In this document: piece by piece, positions 20,302 to 30,136 of the stretch | How the letters are laid out: every line of letters starts with the position of its first letter | Numbering within the stretch: the stretch's first letter is position 1 | NCBI GenBank assembly: GCA_965277285.1 | Contig: OZ255721.1 | Coordinates: 3,456,001 to 3,520,000, forward strand | Direction: 5' to 3' | DNA length: 64,000 bases | Source: Abditibacteriaceae bacterium | GTDB lineage: Bacteria > Armatimonadota > Abditibacteriia > Abditibacteriales > Abditibacteriaceae | Translations under genes and position numbers: made by a program | Notes under the pieces: generated by a model | Seen by the model: only the letters and a program-made list of their open reading frames with translations | Databases searched by the model: none | What the model was told of the DNA's origin: nothing

Positions 20302-20858
20302 ATGATCGAATTAATCCCTGATTTTCAAGATGATGCCGACTTCGTGGAAGTTGTCCAGCATATTGTCAATGGTGCCGCAAGTTTCTATCGACCTGCTGCC
20401 GTATATGTTGTGCGAATCAATACGTGGTTCGACCACAAATGGCTACGCTTTTCCGGCAAGGTGATGGGAGCACTCGGCGTCTGGAAAGAACCGCTAACGA
20501 TTCCGCCCTTTCATCCGCGCCGCGTGCTATCACAAAATTATTATCTGTGGAATCCCATAGAGGAAGATTATTTCAAGGCGAATGAACGTGGTGGTAGATT
20601 GCATGGCTATCAGACCAGTTCTCGCAATTTGCGTCGAGAATAGGGCATCGTCGAAGGTCGGCGATGTATGTTTGGTATTCTGGGGACACAACGCGAACCG
20701 CAAATGGCAGTCTCATGGTTTATGTTCATACCGACCGCGATAAAGCGGCCTGGTTCGTCAGTTTTCTGAATAAGAATCGTTGGCAAACGCACCAATCCAG
20801 AGAAATATGTCTGCAACTGGTCGAAGACTTTGAGACGGCGGGCAAAACTCCTTTGTAG
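20302..20858 (+). pseudogene. Frameshifted hypothetical gene
   Basis: ORF ends with TAG at 20643; an overlapping open frame continues ...RIGHRRRSAMYVWYSG...GSLMVY to 20858. Confidence 0.55.
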
Positions 20859-21001
20859 AAATAAAGGCATTGCATTCGATTGGCGTTCTTAGTGTTATTA
20901 AATACTTGCCATTTCGAGTACGCGACGAATGCAAATACGGCACGCGTTTGGTCACGATGCGTCAAGGGCGCGCAATTGAAAGACGAAATCGAGTACTCGA
21001 A

Positions 21002-22036
21002 ATGACAAATTCTCCATCAGCTTTTGGCAGCGATGATCCGCAGGGCGTTCCGCACGATAACGTTTCTTTTGAAGACGCGTCGCGCGGACAACAAAACGGT
21101 GCGACCAGCGATTTGCTCGATTGTGTGATTGTTGGCGCGGGGCCAGCGGGTTTGACGGCGCTGGAATATCTGGCGCGTTTTCATCGTCGCGCAGTTGTCT
21201 TGGGCGCGCATGGCCCGGCGCCGCGCCTGCTTTATATTGATCGCACTTACAATCTTCCTGGTTATCCCGATGGCATTGCGGGCAGCGCGATTTTGCGGCG
21301 TTTGCATGAACAAGCCGAAGAATATGGCGGAACAGTGCGCGAGGAAACCGCGACAACGGTCAAAGGTTCAGACGGCGTTTTTTGCGTCGAACTGAGCAAC
21401 GGCGAAACTTTGCGCGCCCGTAAAATCATTCTGGCGATGGGCATCCGCGACCGCGAGCCAGATATTGCGGGCGTTCGTCGCCATTTAGGGCATTTTATGC
21501 GTTATTGTCCGGTGTGCGATGGCTACGAACACACCGACAAACATTTGGGAATTATCGGTAGCGGCGAAAGTGTGGCGCGTCACGCCTTGTTTTTGCGAAC
21601 CTTCAGCCCGCACATCACAATTTTGCTGCATGGCGAAAGCGCCGATTCGCTGGGACGTTACCGCGAAAAGTTAGAGAATGCAAGTATTGAAGTGCTCGAA
21701 CCGCGCATTTCGCACATTGTGGAAACGCACGATCCCGACGAAAAAGACCCGCAATTGCAATATACGGGACGCGGCGTGTGTCTCGAAGGCGGACACGAAG
21801 TTCCGCTCGATGTGCTTTATGGCGCGCTGGGTTGCAGCGTCAATTTGGATGCGGCGCACGATCTCGCTTTGAAACTCGACGAAGACGGTTATGTTGTCGC
21901 CGATTCCAACCAGGAAACGAGCGTAAAAGGCGTTTACGCGGCGGGCGATTTAGTCAGCCAGATCAATCAAATCTGCGTCGCGTTCGGCCAGGCCGCGATT
22001 GCCGCCGTGCGCATTCACAACGAGTTGGACGAGTGA
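21002..22036 (+). CDS. Thioredoxin reductase-like NAD(P)/FAD oxidoreductase
   Basis: IVGAGPAGL, YCPVCDG, ETSVKGVYAAGD. Confidence 0.92.
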   Translation: MTNSPSAFGSDDPQGVPHDNVSFEDASRGQQNGATSDLLDCVIVGAGPAGLTALEYLARFHRRAVVLGAHGPAPRLLYIDRTYNLPGYPDGIAGSAILRRLHEQAEEYGGTVREETATTVKGSDGVFCVELSNGETLRARKIILAMGIRDREPDIAGVRRHLGHFMRYCPVCDGYEHTDKHLGIIGSGESVARHALFLRTFSPHITILLHGESADSLGRYREKLENASIEVLEPRISHIVETHDPDEKDPQLQYTGRGVCLEGGHEVPLDVLYGALGCSVNLDAAHDLALKLDEDGYVVADSNQETSVKGVYAAGDLVSQINQICVAFGQAAIAAVRIHNELDE

Positions 22037-22132
22037 TCAAAATGATGAATATCGAGTACTCGAAACTCCAACTTTGTTGTTCGGGTTAGATTTTTCTGTT
22101 CATTATTCCGTATTCATCATTTTCCTATTCTC

Positions 22133-22294
22133 ATGCGCGGCGTGAAGAAAGAAAACCTGCCTCAGAAAGTCTGCGTTGTTTGCGGACGACCTTTCGCGTG
22201 GCGCAAGAAGTGGGCGCGCGTCTGGGATGAGGTGAAGTATTGCAGCGACGCGTGCCGCGGAAAGCGAAACACATCGAAGGTCGACTTACCGTAA
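22133..22294 (+). CDS. DUF2256 small zinc-binding protein (absent from the ORF track)
   Basis: Translated by hand: [42 protein letters not shown]... Confidence 0.9.
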   Translation: MRGVKKENLPQKVCVVCGRPFAWRKKWARVWDEVKYCSDACRGKRNTSKVDLP

Positions 22295-22363
22295 CTGCGA
22301 TGCGTTCACAATCACGCTGTGAAATCGAGGACAACCAACCAAATGGTGAGTTCTTCGGTGAAC

Positions 22364-22449
22364 AACGAACCCGAAGCGTAAGCGACGGGCTTACTTGATA
22401 GTTTCATGTGTCTGTGAGTTAAGCCCGTCGCTTACGCTTCGGGTTCGTT
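22364..22449. repeat. REP-like hairpin, family A
   Basis: AACGAACCCGAAGCGTAAGCGACGGGCTTA...TAAGCCCGTCGCTTACGCTTCGGGTTCGTT. Confidence 0.8.
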
Positions 22450-22484
22450 ATTCACTCATCAATAATTGAGATGCTAACGGAAAC

Positions 22485-23966
22485 TCAAGATTTCTTGCGT
22501 GGTGTTTTCTTTGTGGTGTCTTTAGAATGTTCTTCCGACGCGGCCACAGATTCAGTTTGTTTAGCCGTGTCATTAGACAACAGATTGCGCAGTTCGCTGA
22601 GCGAAATATCCAGCGTGCGCGCGGCGGATTCCTGATCGTTGTCGTTATCGCGCAACGCTTGTGCAACCAAGTTTTTCTGCATTTCGCGCATCGTTTGCGC
22701 TGGAGTCGGTTTGGCGGGCGCGCTGTCTTGCGCAGGCAGCAAATGAGTACTCGATACGGCGCGCGTCTGGGCGCTTTGTTGCGTCGAACCTGTGGGCGCC
22801 AGCAGCAAATGGCGCGGTTCGATCACGGAATCTTCAGCTAAAATTACGGCGCGCTCGATACAGTTTTCCAGTTCGCGGATGTTGCCTTTCCAACTGTTGC
22901 ATTGCAATTCGCGCAAGGCTTCGGGCGAAAGTTCCAGTGAGTCATGTCCTGTTTCTGTACAGTATTTATGAATGAAGTGCTCGCTCAAGATGGCGATGTC
23001 GTCGGGACGGCTACGCAACGGCGGCAATTCAATTGGCACCACGTTCAAACGATAAAACAAATCTTCGCGGAAGGTGCCCGCAGCAATCGCTTTTTCCAGA
23101 TCGCGGTTCGTCGCCGCGATAATGCGCACATCGACTTTGATGGTTTTCGAGGAGCCGATGCGCTCGAATTCGCGCTCTTGCAGTACGCGAAGCAGCTTCA
23201 CCTGAACGCTGAGCGGCACTTCGCCGATTTCATCTAAGAACAACGTTCCGGTGTGCGCCCACTCAAAGCGCCCGATGCGTTGCGCGCTGGCGTCGGTGAA
23301 GGCGCCTTTTTCGTGACCGAACAGTTCGTCTTCCAGCAAGTGCTCGGGCAGGGCGGCGCAATTGACTTTGACAAATGGTTTATCGGCGCGCTTGCTCTGA
23401 TAATGAATGGTGCGCGCCAGCATTTCTTTGCCGGTTCCGCTTTCGCCCGTGATGAGAACGGTCGCGTTCTGGTTGGCGACTTTGGCGGCCAAAACATACG
23501 CGGCCTGAATGCTTTCATCGTTGCCAACGATGTTGTCGAAGTTATATTTGTTGCGCAGTTCGTCGCGCAGATAACGGTTTTCGTCGATCAAGCGATTGCG
23601 CTCGAGGGCGCGGCGCGCGACAATCGAAACGTCATTGATGTTGAAGGGTTTCGCCAGATAATCGTAAGCACCCATGCGCATCGCTTCGACGGCGCTTTCT
23701 TTGGTGGCGTAGCCTGTGACCATGACGACGGGCGTCGATGGCGAGCGGCGCTTGATTTCGCGCAGCACTTCGATACCCGCCATGTCGGGCAGCTTGACAT
23801 CAAGGAAAACCAGGCCGATGCCTTCGGGCGCGTCGGAAAAAGCGGCCAATCCGTCGGCGCCTTTATTGGTCGTCAAGACGCGATGCCCGTCGCGCGACAA
23901 GACTTCGGTGAACAAACTGCACAAATGCTGCTCGTCATCAATGACCAAAATCGGTTGTTCGGTCAT
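22485..23966 (-). CDS. Sigma-54-dependent response regulator (NtrC/AtoC type)
   Basis: Receiver domain, GESGTGKE, GAFTDA, LFLDEIGE, FREDLFYRL, Fis-like HTH. Confidence 0.96.
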   Translation of the reverse strand: MTEQPILVIDDEQHLCSLFTEVLSRDGHRVLTTNKGADGLAAFSDAPEGIGLVFLDVKLPDMAGIEVLREIKRRSPSTPVVMVTGYATKESAVEAMRMGAYDYLAKPFNINDVSIVARRALERNRLIDENRYLRDELRNKYNFDNIVGNDESIQAAYVLAAKVANQNATVLITGESGTGKEMLARTIHYQSKRADKPFVKVNCAALPEHLLEDELFGHEKGAFTDASAQRIGRFEWAHTGTLFLDEIGEVPLSVQVKLLRVLQEREFERIGSSKTIKVDVRIIAATNRDLEKAIAAGTFREDLFYRLNVVPIELPPLRSRPDDIAILSEHFIHKYCTETGHDSLELSPEALRELQCNSWKGNIRELENCIERAVILAEDSVIEPRHLLLAPTGSTQQSAQTRAVSSTHLLPAQDSAPAKPTPAQTMREMQKNLVAQALRDNDNDQESAARTLDISLSELRNLLSNDTAKQTESVAASEEHSKDTTKKTPRKKS

Positions 23967-24083
23967 ATGTCTTTTTCCTGTACAATGAGATTGCTTTTAT
24001 TCTACTAAACGTCAACATTTTTCCGTGCGACTTTCAAGTTATTCCGCAATTATGACGCATTTTCCAACCGAAAGTGAGATGTT

Positions 24084-24941
24084 GTGTCGTTAAAGTTCGC
24101 CGGACGCACGCCGTCTTCGTCGTTGCGGCGCCCGCATCGCGTTCTGTCACGCGAACAGGCCAGTCAACGTTCGCGCGCCTGGGCGTTGCGCGGCGCCACA
24201 CTTTGCCTTGCCGCATTTTTCTTAACGACACTTTTTCACGTTTTCGTTGATGGCTCAACAGTATCGAGTACTCGAAAGGCGAACCTTCCGCTTTCGTGGC
24301 CCGAGATTTTGAATGCGCCGCTGCTTTTCATCGGCGAAACCTTGAGACAAAGCGGACTTCATGGCGCGCTGATTTTGCTGAGCACTTTTGTCACTGCGTC
24401 GCTTTTATGGCTGATTTTGAGTTTGCTGGGCGAATGGCGCAAACCGCCGATAAGTTTTCTCGCGTTGTTGGCGCTGCAATTCTTCGGCTGGGCGTTTCAC
24501 GTCGCCAACGTGCGCGCACCGGCGACAACTTCGGCAATCGAGTACTCGAAAGGCATCGAGGAAGCGTTGCGTTTGTCGTGGAATATCTTATCGCGAGCGC
24601 AGCAAATAAGTGTGGTTTGGAGCGCGCTTTTCGTGATTTGCGTTTTGTGGTGGTGGGGCGCGGGAATCGAAGCGCGGCCTCAGCGTTGGAGCGGGTCGCA
24701 AAAAGCGCAGGGGTTTTTGCGTCGCCGCCGCACTTCCTATCAATTCAGCGGCGCGTTGTTGATGTTGTTCTCGTTCGCCGGAACCTTGCTGATCGGTACG
24801 ATTTTGTTTGGAAAAACGCTGCACCTGACAGCTCTCCCGATTTCATTTTTCTGGCTGACGCCGCCCATCGCGTTTTCGCTGTGCATATTGCTGGACGCGA
24901 TTTTCCTGCAAGGTCGCCGTTTGTGGCGCCGCTTGTCATAA
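24084..24941 (+). CDS. Hypothetical integral membrane protein
   Basis: About 6 hydrophobic segments; start uncertain. Confidence 0.6.
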   Translation: MSLKFAGRTPSSSLRRPHRVLSREQASQRSRAWALRGATLCLAAFFLTTLFHVFVDGSTVSSTRKANLPLSWPEILNAPLLFIGETLRQSGLHGALILLSTFVTASLLWLILSLLGEWRKPPISFLALLALQFFGWAFHVANVRAPATTSAIEYSKGIEEALRLSWNILSRAQQISVVWSALFVICVLWWWGAGIEARPQRWSGSQKAQGFLRRRRTSYQFSGALLMLFSFAGTLLIGTILFGKTLHLTALPISFFWLTPPIAFSLCILLDAIFLQGRRLWRRLS

Positions 24942-24959
24942 AACTTTGCGTCAATGTGT

Positions 24960-25031
24960 AACGAACCCCGAGCGTAAATGCGGGGCCGAACTCGCAGTTA
25001 CGTCAGCCCCGCGCTCACGCTTGGGTTCGTT
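24960..25031. repeat. REP-like hairpin, family A (degenerate)
   Basis: AACCCCGAGCGTAAATGCGGGGC...GCCCCGCGCTCACGCTTGGGTT. Confidence 0.75.
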
Positions 25032-25134
25032 CAACGACTTACGCGATAAAGCGAGTCGCATAGGGAACGAGCGGCGATACCATGCGTAAGAAATGCGCTC
25101 TTTCCTGTGAGATGTTTTGTAGAATACATTTGTT

Positions 25135-27549
25135 ATGACCGATCTCGAAAAGAAAACTCCCGACGATAAAACGATTTTTGAAACCATTGAGCTACCGCCT
25201 GAAGTTCGCGCCAAACTCGATAGCATCGGCGTTAATGGCTCGTCGGTTTTGCAAGTACAATCCGATTTGGACAAAAGCGGGCGCTGGGGACATCGTTATC
25301 TCGTCGCCACGCCCGAACGCGTCGTGGTACTTTCTTCGCCCGAAACCAACGGCGATGGCAAAACCAAAGTCCCGTCGAATGGCGATTCGAGTACTCGAAA
25401 GAACGAGGTCGAGGTCGAATTCGATCAGCCGATTTCCAACCTCGTTTCAACCCAGGCCAAGCCCTTGATCGGTTCGTCCGCTTTGGAAGCGCGCGTGCGA
25501 GTCGATGGAAACCGAAATGGCGCAAACGGAAATGGCGCCAGTGGCCTGAACGGAAATGGCGCGTCGCATGGCGAAGAGCACGTCGTCGAATTGTTGCGTT
25601 CGTCGAATGCGCGTTCGCGCGAATTGTCGAATGCGGCGCGCAAATTAACCGATTTGCGCGAAGGCAAAACTTCTGCTGAAGACCCCGAAGAAGACGAAAA
25701 ATGGAAGCGCAAAACGTGTCCCAAATGCGGGCGACCTTTGCCGGAAGATTCCAATGTTTGCCCGTTTTGCGTCAATAAATTGCAGGCGCTGAAGCGTTTG
25801 CTGGGTTATCTGGGGCCGCACAAAGCGATGGCGGTTTCCAATATCGCGCTCAGCTTCATTTCGATTGCGCTTTCGTTTGCGCCGTTGCTGATTTCGGTGT
25901 ATTTGATAAATCAGATTTTGCGACCGACGCCGGAACGTCCTCATACGCCAAACGATTATCGAATGCTGGCCATTTTGATTATCGTGGGCGTTGGATGTTC
26001 GGCGCTGTCGGCGTTGATTGGCGGCATAAAAGCGTGGATTCAAGCGTATTTGGGAGCGCACGTCATTCACGATGTGCGAACGCAGGTGTACGATCAGTTG
26101 CAGCGATTGTCGCTCAGTTATTACGATAAGCGCGAAATCGGCGCCGTAATGAGCCGCGTCCAAAACGATACGGGAATGCTGCAAAACTTCCTGTTGGACG
26201 GCCTGGACAACATGATCACTTCGGCGCTGACCATTGTTGTCGTAATGGTTTTGATGTTCTATTACTCGTGGGTTCTGGCGATTGCGGTTTTGATTCCCGT
26301 TCCGTTCGTCATTTTCGGCACGACGACGTATTGGCGCGGCCTGATGAAGTTGTGGCGCCGCGTCTGGCACCAGACTTCGAGTATGAACGCGCGCCTGGCC
26401 GACAGCTTGAGCGGCGTCCGCGTGGTGCGCGCCTTCGCTCAAGAAAATTATGAAATCTCGCGTTTTACGGCCAAAAGCGGCGAACTGCGCGATGCGACCA
26501 AGCGCGTCGAACAAAAAGCGGCGATTTTCTATCCTGTGCTCGGCTTTGTGATGGGCATCGGCGGGCCGATTGTCTGGTATTTGGGCGGACTTCGAGTACT
26601 CGATGGCACGATGCTGATCGGTTCGCTGTTTCTCTTTACCGGATTGCTGGCGCGCCTCTATGACCCAATTCAGCAATTGACGCGCGTCGTCAACTTCACC
26701 ACGCGCGCCATGACCGCAGCCGAGCGCGTTTTTGAAATCATGGACACGCCGCCCGAAGTGCGCGAAAAAGACGGCGCCGTGTCGATGCCGCGCGTTGAAG
26801 GCCGCGTTCAGTTCAAAGACGTGACGTTTGGCTACGACCGCTATCGTCCGGTTTTGCACGGTATCAATCTCGATGTGCAACCTGGCGAAATGATCGGTTT
26901 GGTCGGTCACAGCGGCGCCGGCAAAAGCACTTTGATTAACTTGTTGATGCGCTTCTATGACGTGGACGAAGGCGCAATTATGGTGGACGGCGAGGACATC
27001 CGCGACATTCGGCGCGACGATATTCGGCGTCAAATTGGCGTTGTTTTGCAGGAGCCGTATTTGTTTCACGGAACCGTGTTCGCCAACATCGCTTATGGCA
27101 AGCCGGACGCCACGCCCGAACAAGTGATTATGGCCGCCAAAGCCGCTTACGCGCACGATTTTATCGTCAACTTTCCCGATGGCTACGACACTTTGGTCGG
27201 CGAACGCGGCACGCGACTTTCCGGCGGCGAACGCCAGCGCATTTCGATTGCACGCGCGATTTTGCACGATCCGCGCATCCTGATTTTGGACGAAGCGACG
27301 GCGAGTGTCGACACGCAAACCGAAGCGGAAATTCAGCACGCTTTGCGCAACCTGGTGCAAGGCCGCACCACCTTTGCGATTGCGCACCGCCTGAGCACGT
27401 TGCGCCATGCGGACAGATTGGTGGTTTTGGAAGCCGGACGCCTCGTCGAGCAGGGCACGCACGACGAACTGATGGCCAAGCATGGCGTTTTCTACAAGCT
27501 GATTACTGCCCAGCGTGCCATTAACGAAGCGCACGTCGTTGGCGGCTAA
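25135..27549 (+). CDS. ABC exporter (fused permease and ATPase) with N-terminal extension and zinc ribbon
   Basis: CPKC...CPFC, TM domain, GHSGAGKST, LSGGERQR, ILDEAT. Confidence 0.95.
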   Translation: MTDLEKKTPDDKTIFETIELPPEVRAKLDSIGVNGSSVLQVQSDLDKSGRWGHRYLVATPERVVVLSSPETNGDGKTKVPSNGDSSTRKNEVEVEFDQPISNLVSTQAKPLIGSSALEARVRVDGNRNGANGNGASGLNGNGASHGEEHVVELLRSSNARSRELSNAARKLTDLREGKTSAEDPEEDEKWKRKTCPKCGRPLPEDSNVCPFCVNKLQALKRLLGYLGPHKAMAVSNIALSFISIALSFAPLLISVYLINQILRPTPERPHTPNDYRMLAILIIVGVGCSALSALIGGIKAWIQAYLGAHVIHDVRTQVYDQLQRLSLSYYDKREIGAVMSRVQNDTGMLQNFLLDGLDNMITSALTIVVVMVLMFYYSWVLAIAVLIPVPFVIFGTTTYWRGLMKLWRRVWHQTSSMNARLADSLSGVRVVRAFAQENYEISRFTAKSGELRDATKRVEQKAAIFYPVLGFVMGIGGPIVWYLGGLRVLDGTMLIGSLFLFTGLLARLYDPIQQLTRVVNFTTRAMTAAERVFEIMDTPPEVREKDGAVSMPRVEGRVQFKDVTFGYDRYRPVLHGINLDVQPGEMIGLVGHSGAGKSTLINLLMRFYDVDEGAIMVDGEDIRDIRRDDIRRQIGVVLQEPYLFHGTVFANIAYGKPDATPEQVIMAAKAAYAHDFIVNFPDGYDTLVGERGTRLSGGERQRISIARAILHDPRILILDEATASVDTQTEAEIQHALRNLVQGRTTFAIAHRLSTLRHADRLVVLEAGRLVEQGTHDELMAKHGVFYKLITAQRAINEAHVVGG

Positions 27550-27567
27550 TTTGAGTACTCGATTAGT

Positions 27568-27638
27568 CAGAACCCCAAGCGTAAGCGCGGGGCTGAAGTG
27601 ACAGTTACGTCAGCCCCGCGCTTACGCTTGGGGTTCTG
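27568..27638. repeat. REP-like hairpin, family A
   Basis: CAGAACCCCAAGCGTAAGCGCGGGGCTGA...TCAGCCCCGCGCTTACGCTTGGGTTCTG. Confidence 0.8.
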
Positions 27639-27648
27639 TTTGAAACTT

Positions 27649-28137
27649 ATGACATCTCTTTATCTCGATCCGAAAACAACCCTTTTTGACACCGCGCCTG
27701 ATGGCACGATGCGCGTTATTGTTCCCGATGACCGTTGCAGCTTGCAAGTGCAGGCTTTGCGCGCGTTTCCGCTTTCGCACAGCGAAGAACACATCGTTTT
27801 GCGCGATGGCGCGAACAAAGAAGTCGGCCTTTTGCGCGACCTGGAAAGTTTGCCGGAAAGCGCGCGCGAAATGGTGCGCGCTCAACTGCATCGTCGCTAT
27901 TTTTTGCCGAAAATCTTGAAAATTCACAGCGTCCTCGAGCGTTTCGGGACGACGCAATGGGATTTGGACACCGACCGCGGGCGCCGCGAAGTCACCACCA
28001 AACCGATCAACGACGCGCTTTTTGAAATGTCGCCCGGTCGCTATTTCATCACCGACAACGAAAACAATCGTTACGAAATCCAGAACTTGAGCGCGCTCGA
28101 TGAAACCAGTCGCGCGCTGTTTTTAGGTAAGGGCTGA
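27649..28137 (+). CDS. DUF1854 family protein
   Basis: RAFPLS, RRYFLPKI, WDLDTDRG; typical partner of this ABC subtype. Confidence 0.85.
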   Translation: MTSLYLDPKTTLFDTAPDGTMRVIVPDDRCSLQVQALRAFPLSHSEEHIVLRDGANKEVGLLRDLESLPESAREMVRAQLHRRYFLPKILKIHSVLERFGTTQWDLDTDRGRREVTTKPINDALFEMSPGRYFITDNENNRYEIQNLSALDETSRALFLGKG

Positions 28138-28145
28138 GCAAATTT

Positions 28146-28562
28146 ATGACTTACGAAGAAAGTCTTGATTTGTACGGCTTAGTGCCAGCTGATGAATCGC
28201 TGCCAGCGATTCGGCAAATGTTGGCGAATGAAGCAGAACTCGAACGCTGTGGTGGCGAACGTGAGGAAGAATTAGCTCTTTTGTGCTGCGTTCAGTTGTT
28301 CAGTCGGGGTTATCTTGAAGATGTGCTGCGGATATGGGAAGCAAAACAATCGGGATTCGATCTGGCTTGCTATCTCGATGTTCAGTTTCTTTGTGGAGCA
28401 GGTTTAGGAGAAACAAAGAAATTCCTCCAGCAACAATCGTCTTCGCAAGCAGCTAAAGCTCTGGAATATCTTGCAAAATGCGAAGCGTCTAGCGACTTCA
28501 AAAACTGGTCGCCGACAATTCAACTTGAGAACTACCAACATTATTTTGGTGTAACAAATTGA
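28146..28562 (+). CDS. Hypothetical protein
   Basis: 138-aa ORF, AT-richer. Confidence 0.7.
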   Translation: MTYEESLDLYGLVPADESLPAIRQMLANEAELERCGGEREEELALLCCVQLFSRGYLEDVLRIWEAKQSGFDLACYLDVQFLCGAGLGETKKFLQQQSSSQAAKALEYLAKCEASSDFKNWSPTIQLENYQHYFGVTN

Positions 28563-28602
28563 ATCGAGTACTCAATCTATGAGACTCCGAGGAGCAGCGA
28601 TA

Positions 28603-28884
28603 ATGACAATTTCTTATGAACCGATGAGCGATGTTTTGACGATCACGATAGCGGCTGCGCCCGTCGCGCAAAGCCAGGTGCAAGGCACGATTGCGGTCAG
28701 CTTCGACGCGACGGGCGCACCGGTTTCCATCGCGATTCCGCAAGCCAGCACGCTTTTGTGGGAACACGGCGGCCAGGTCAGCGTAATGTTGCCGCAAGCG
28801 ACGCAAACAGTCGTCACGCAAATTGTCGAGCAACCCGTTTTACCGACAACGCAAACAGTTGTGACGCGCGTTATCGAAGGATAA
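28603..28884 (+). CDS. DUF2283-like small protein
   Basis: MTISYEPMSDVLTI...FDATG.PVSI.I; GAGGAG RBS. Confidence 0.6.
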   Translation: MTISYEPMSDVLTITIAAAPVAQSQVQGTIAVSFDATGAPVSIAIPQASTLLWEHGGQVSVMLPQATQTVVTQIVEQPVLPTTQTVVTRVIEG

Positions 28885-28887
28885 ACG

Positions 28888-29319
28888 ATGTTTCGCGGAA
28901 AACGCAGCACGACGAAAAGAACTCTGGCGTTTCTTGTTTTGCTCGTCGCGTGTTGTGGTGGCGTCCTTTGGTTTGGCGCGACGCGCAACCAAAGTATTAT
29001 CCGCTTGAACGATCCGCACACTGCGCAAGCCGAAGTGTTGAAACATATTCCAATTGGCAGCGATATTCGACAGGCTGAAAGCGTGCTGGAGAAAAGCGGC
29101 TTTGAATGCGTGTTTTTGGAACATAATAAGTATGGCTCTAGCCGAGCCAATAATTTTGCGCTTGCTCAGCAAACTTTGAAAAATCCGCAGTTGTGGGGCA
29201 GAAAAAATGTCACCTGGCTTGGCATTCCAACGAGCTACTGGAGTGTGACAATCGGTTACAAAAATCTGCGTGTGACACACGTCTATGCCAGCAATACAGC
29301 CGTTGGCTTCAATTTGTAA
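28888..29319 (+). CDS. Hypothetical protein with N-terminal anchor
   Basis: Basic N-terminus followed by a hydrophobic segment. Confidence 0.6.
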   Translation: MFRGKRSTTKRTLAFLVLLVACCGGVLWFGATRNQSIIRLNDPHTAQAEVLKHIPIGSDIRQAESVLEKSGFECVFLEHNKYGSSRANNFALAQQTLKNPQLWGRKNVTWLGIPTSYWSVTIGYKNLRVTHVYASNTAVGFNL

Positions 29320-29361
29320 GTTCAGCGTCGTTTCTCTTCCCTTGTTATAATTCTTTTGCTT

Positions 29362-29928
29362 ATGAATCGTTTGCGCCGCGACAAATTGGTTTCTGCCACA
29401 TCGAGTACTCGAAACTCGACGCGTTCGTCGTGGCCGCGTGGCGCGAGCGCGTTGTTGGCGACGGCGATGTTGTTGCTGGCGTTTGCGCCGTTTCAAAGCG
29501 CTGCAAATGCCGATTCGCTGAAACAATGGAATGTGCAATGGGCGCACATTTCTTCGACACTGGTATCTTCGCTGGGCGCGACCGATGAAGTTCAATCGCG
29601 CGCGCAAGGCGAACAATTGTTTCGCTGGATGCAAAGCCGCGCCGCATCATTCGAGAATCCGCAAACGTTGTCTGTCACGCAAGTCGCCGCGTTGCTTGAT
29701 GAATGGCAGCAAACGCAGCGCGGACAAATTGTTGTTACAAAGTTCGCATCAACCACGCGACAACGCCAATCGAGTATTCGATATGGTGCGTCTTCAGTTG
29801 CGTTGCTTCCTGCAAATGCACAAAGCGTTTCGTTGCCGCTCAAGTCGCAGCGTTTAGCGCAACTTTCCCTTTCTTCTCATGCCGCCGCGAAACTTTCCGG
29901 CGTGCGCACCAATCGTCGTCACGAATAG
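29362..29928 (+). CDS. Secreted hypothetical protein directly upstream of secA
   Basis: Signal peptide (LLATAMLLLAFAPFQSAANA); 188 aa. Confidence 0.65.
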   Translation: MNRLRRDKLVSATSSTRNSTRSSWPRGASALLATAMLLLAFAPFQSAANADSLKQWNVQWAHISSTLVSSLGATDEVQSRAQGEQLFRWMQSRAASFENPQTLSVTQVAALLDEWQQTQRGQIVVTKFASTTRQRQSSIRYGASSVALLPANAQSVSLPLKSQRLAQLSLSSHAAAKLSGVRTNRRHE

Positions 29929-30006
29929 AAATCGGTAGTCGGTGTTCAGTATTCGGCGGTCAGATTTAACCGCCGACGTTGAGCATTGGCTTTTTGCCGT
30001 TTGGAA

Positions 30007-30083
30007 AAACAGAACCCCAAGCGTAAGCGCGGGGCTGAAGTTACGTCTACGTTAGCCCCGCGCTTACGCTTGGGGTTCTGTTT
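30007..30083. repeat. REP-like hairpin, family A
   Basis: Nearly identical to 27568-27638. Confidence 0.8.
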
Positions 30084-30136
30084 AGATATAAAACCAACCA
30101 TAAACTGCGAGAACTTTCTCGCTTGGAGTCACAACG

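Noticed and set aside
25645..27534. 629-aa minus-strand ORF
   Set aside because: Antisense shadow of the ABC transporter
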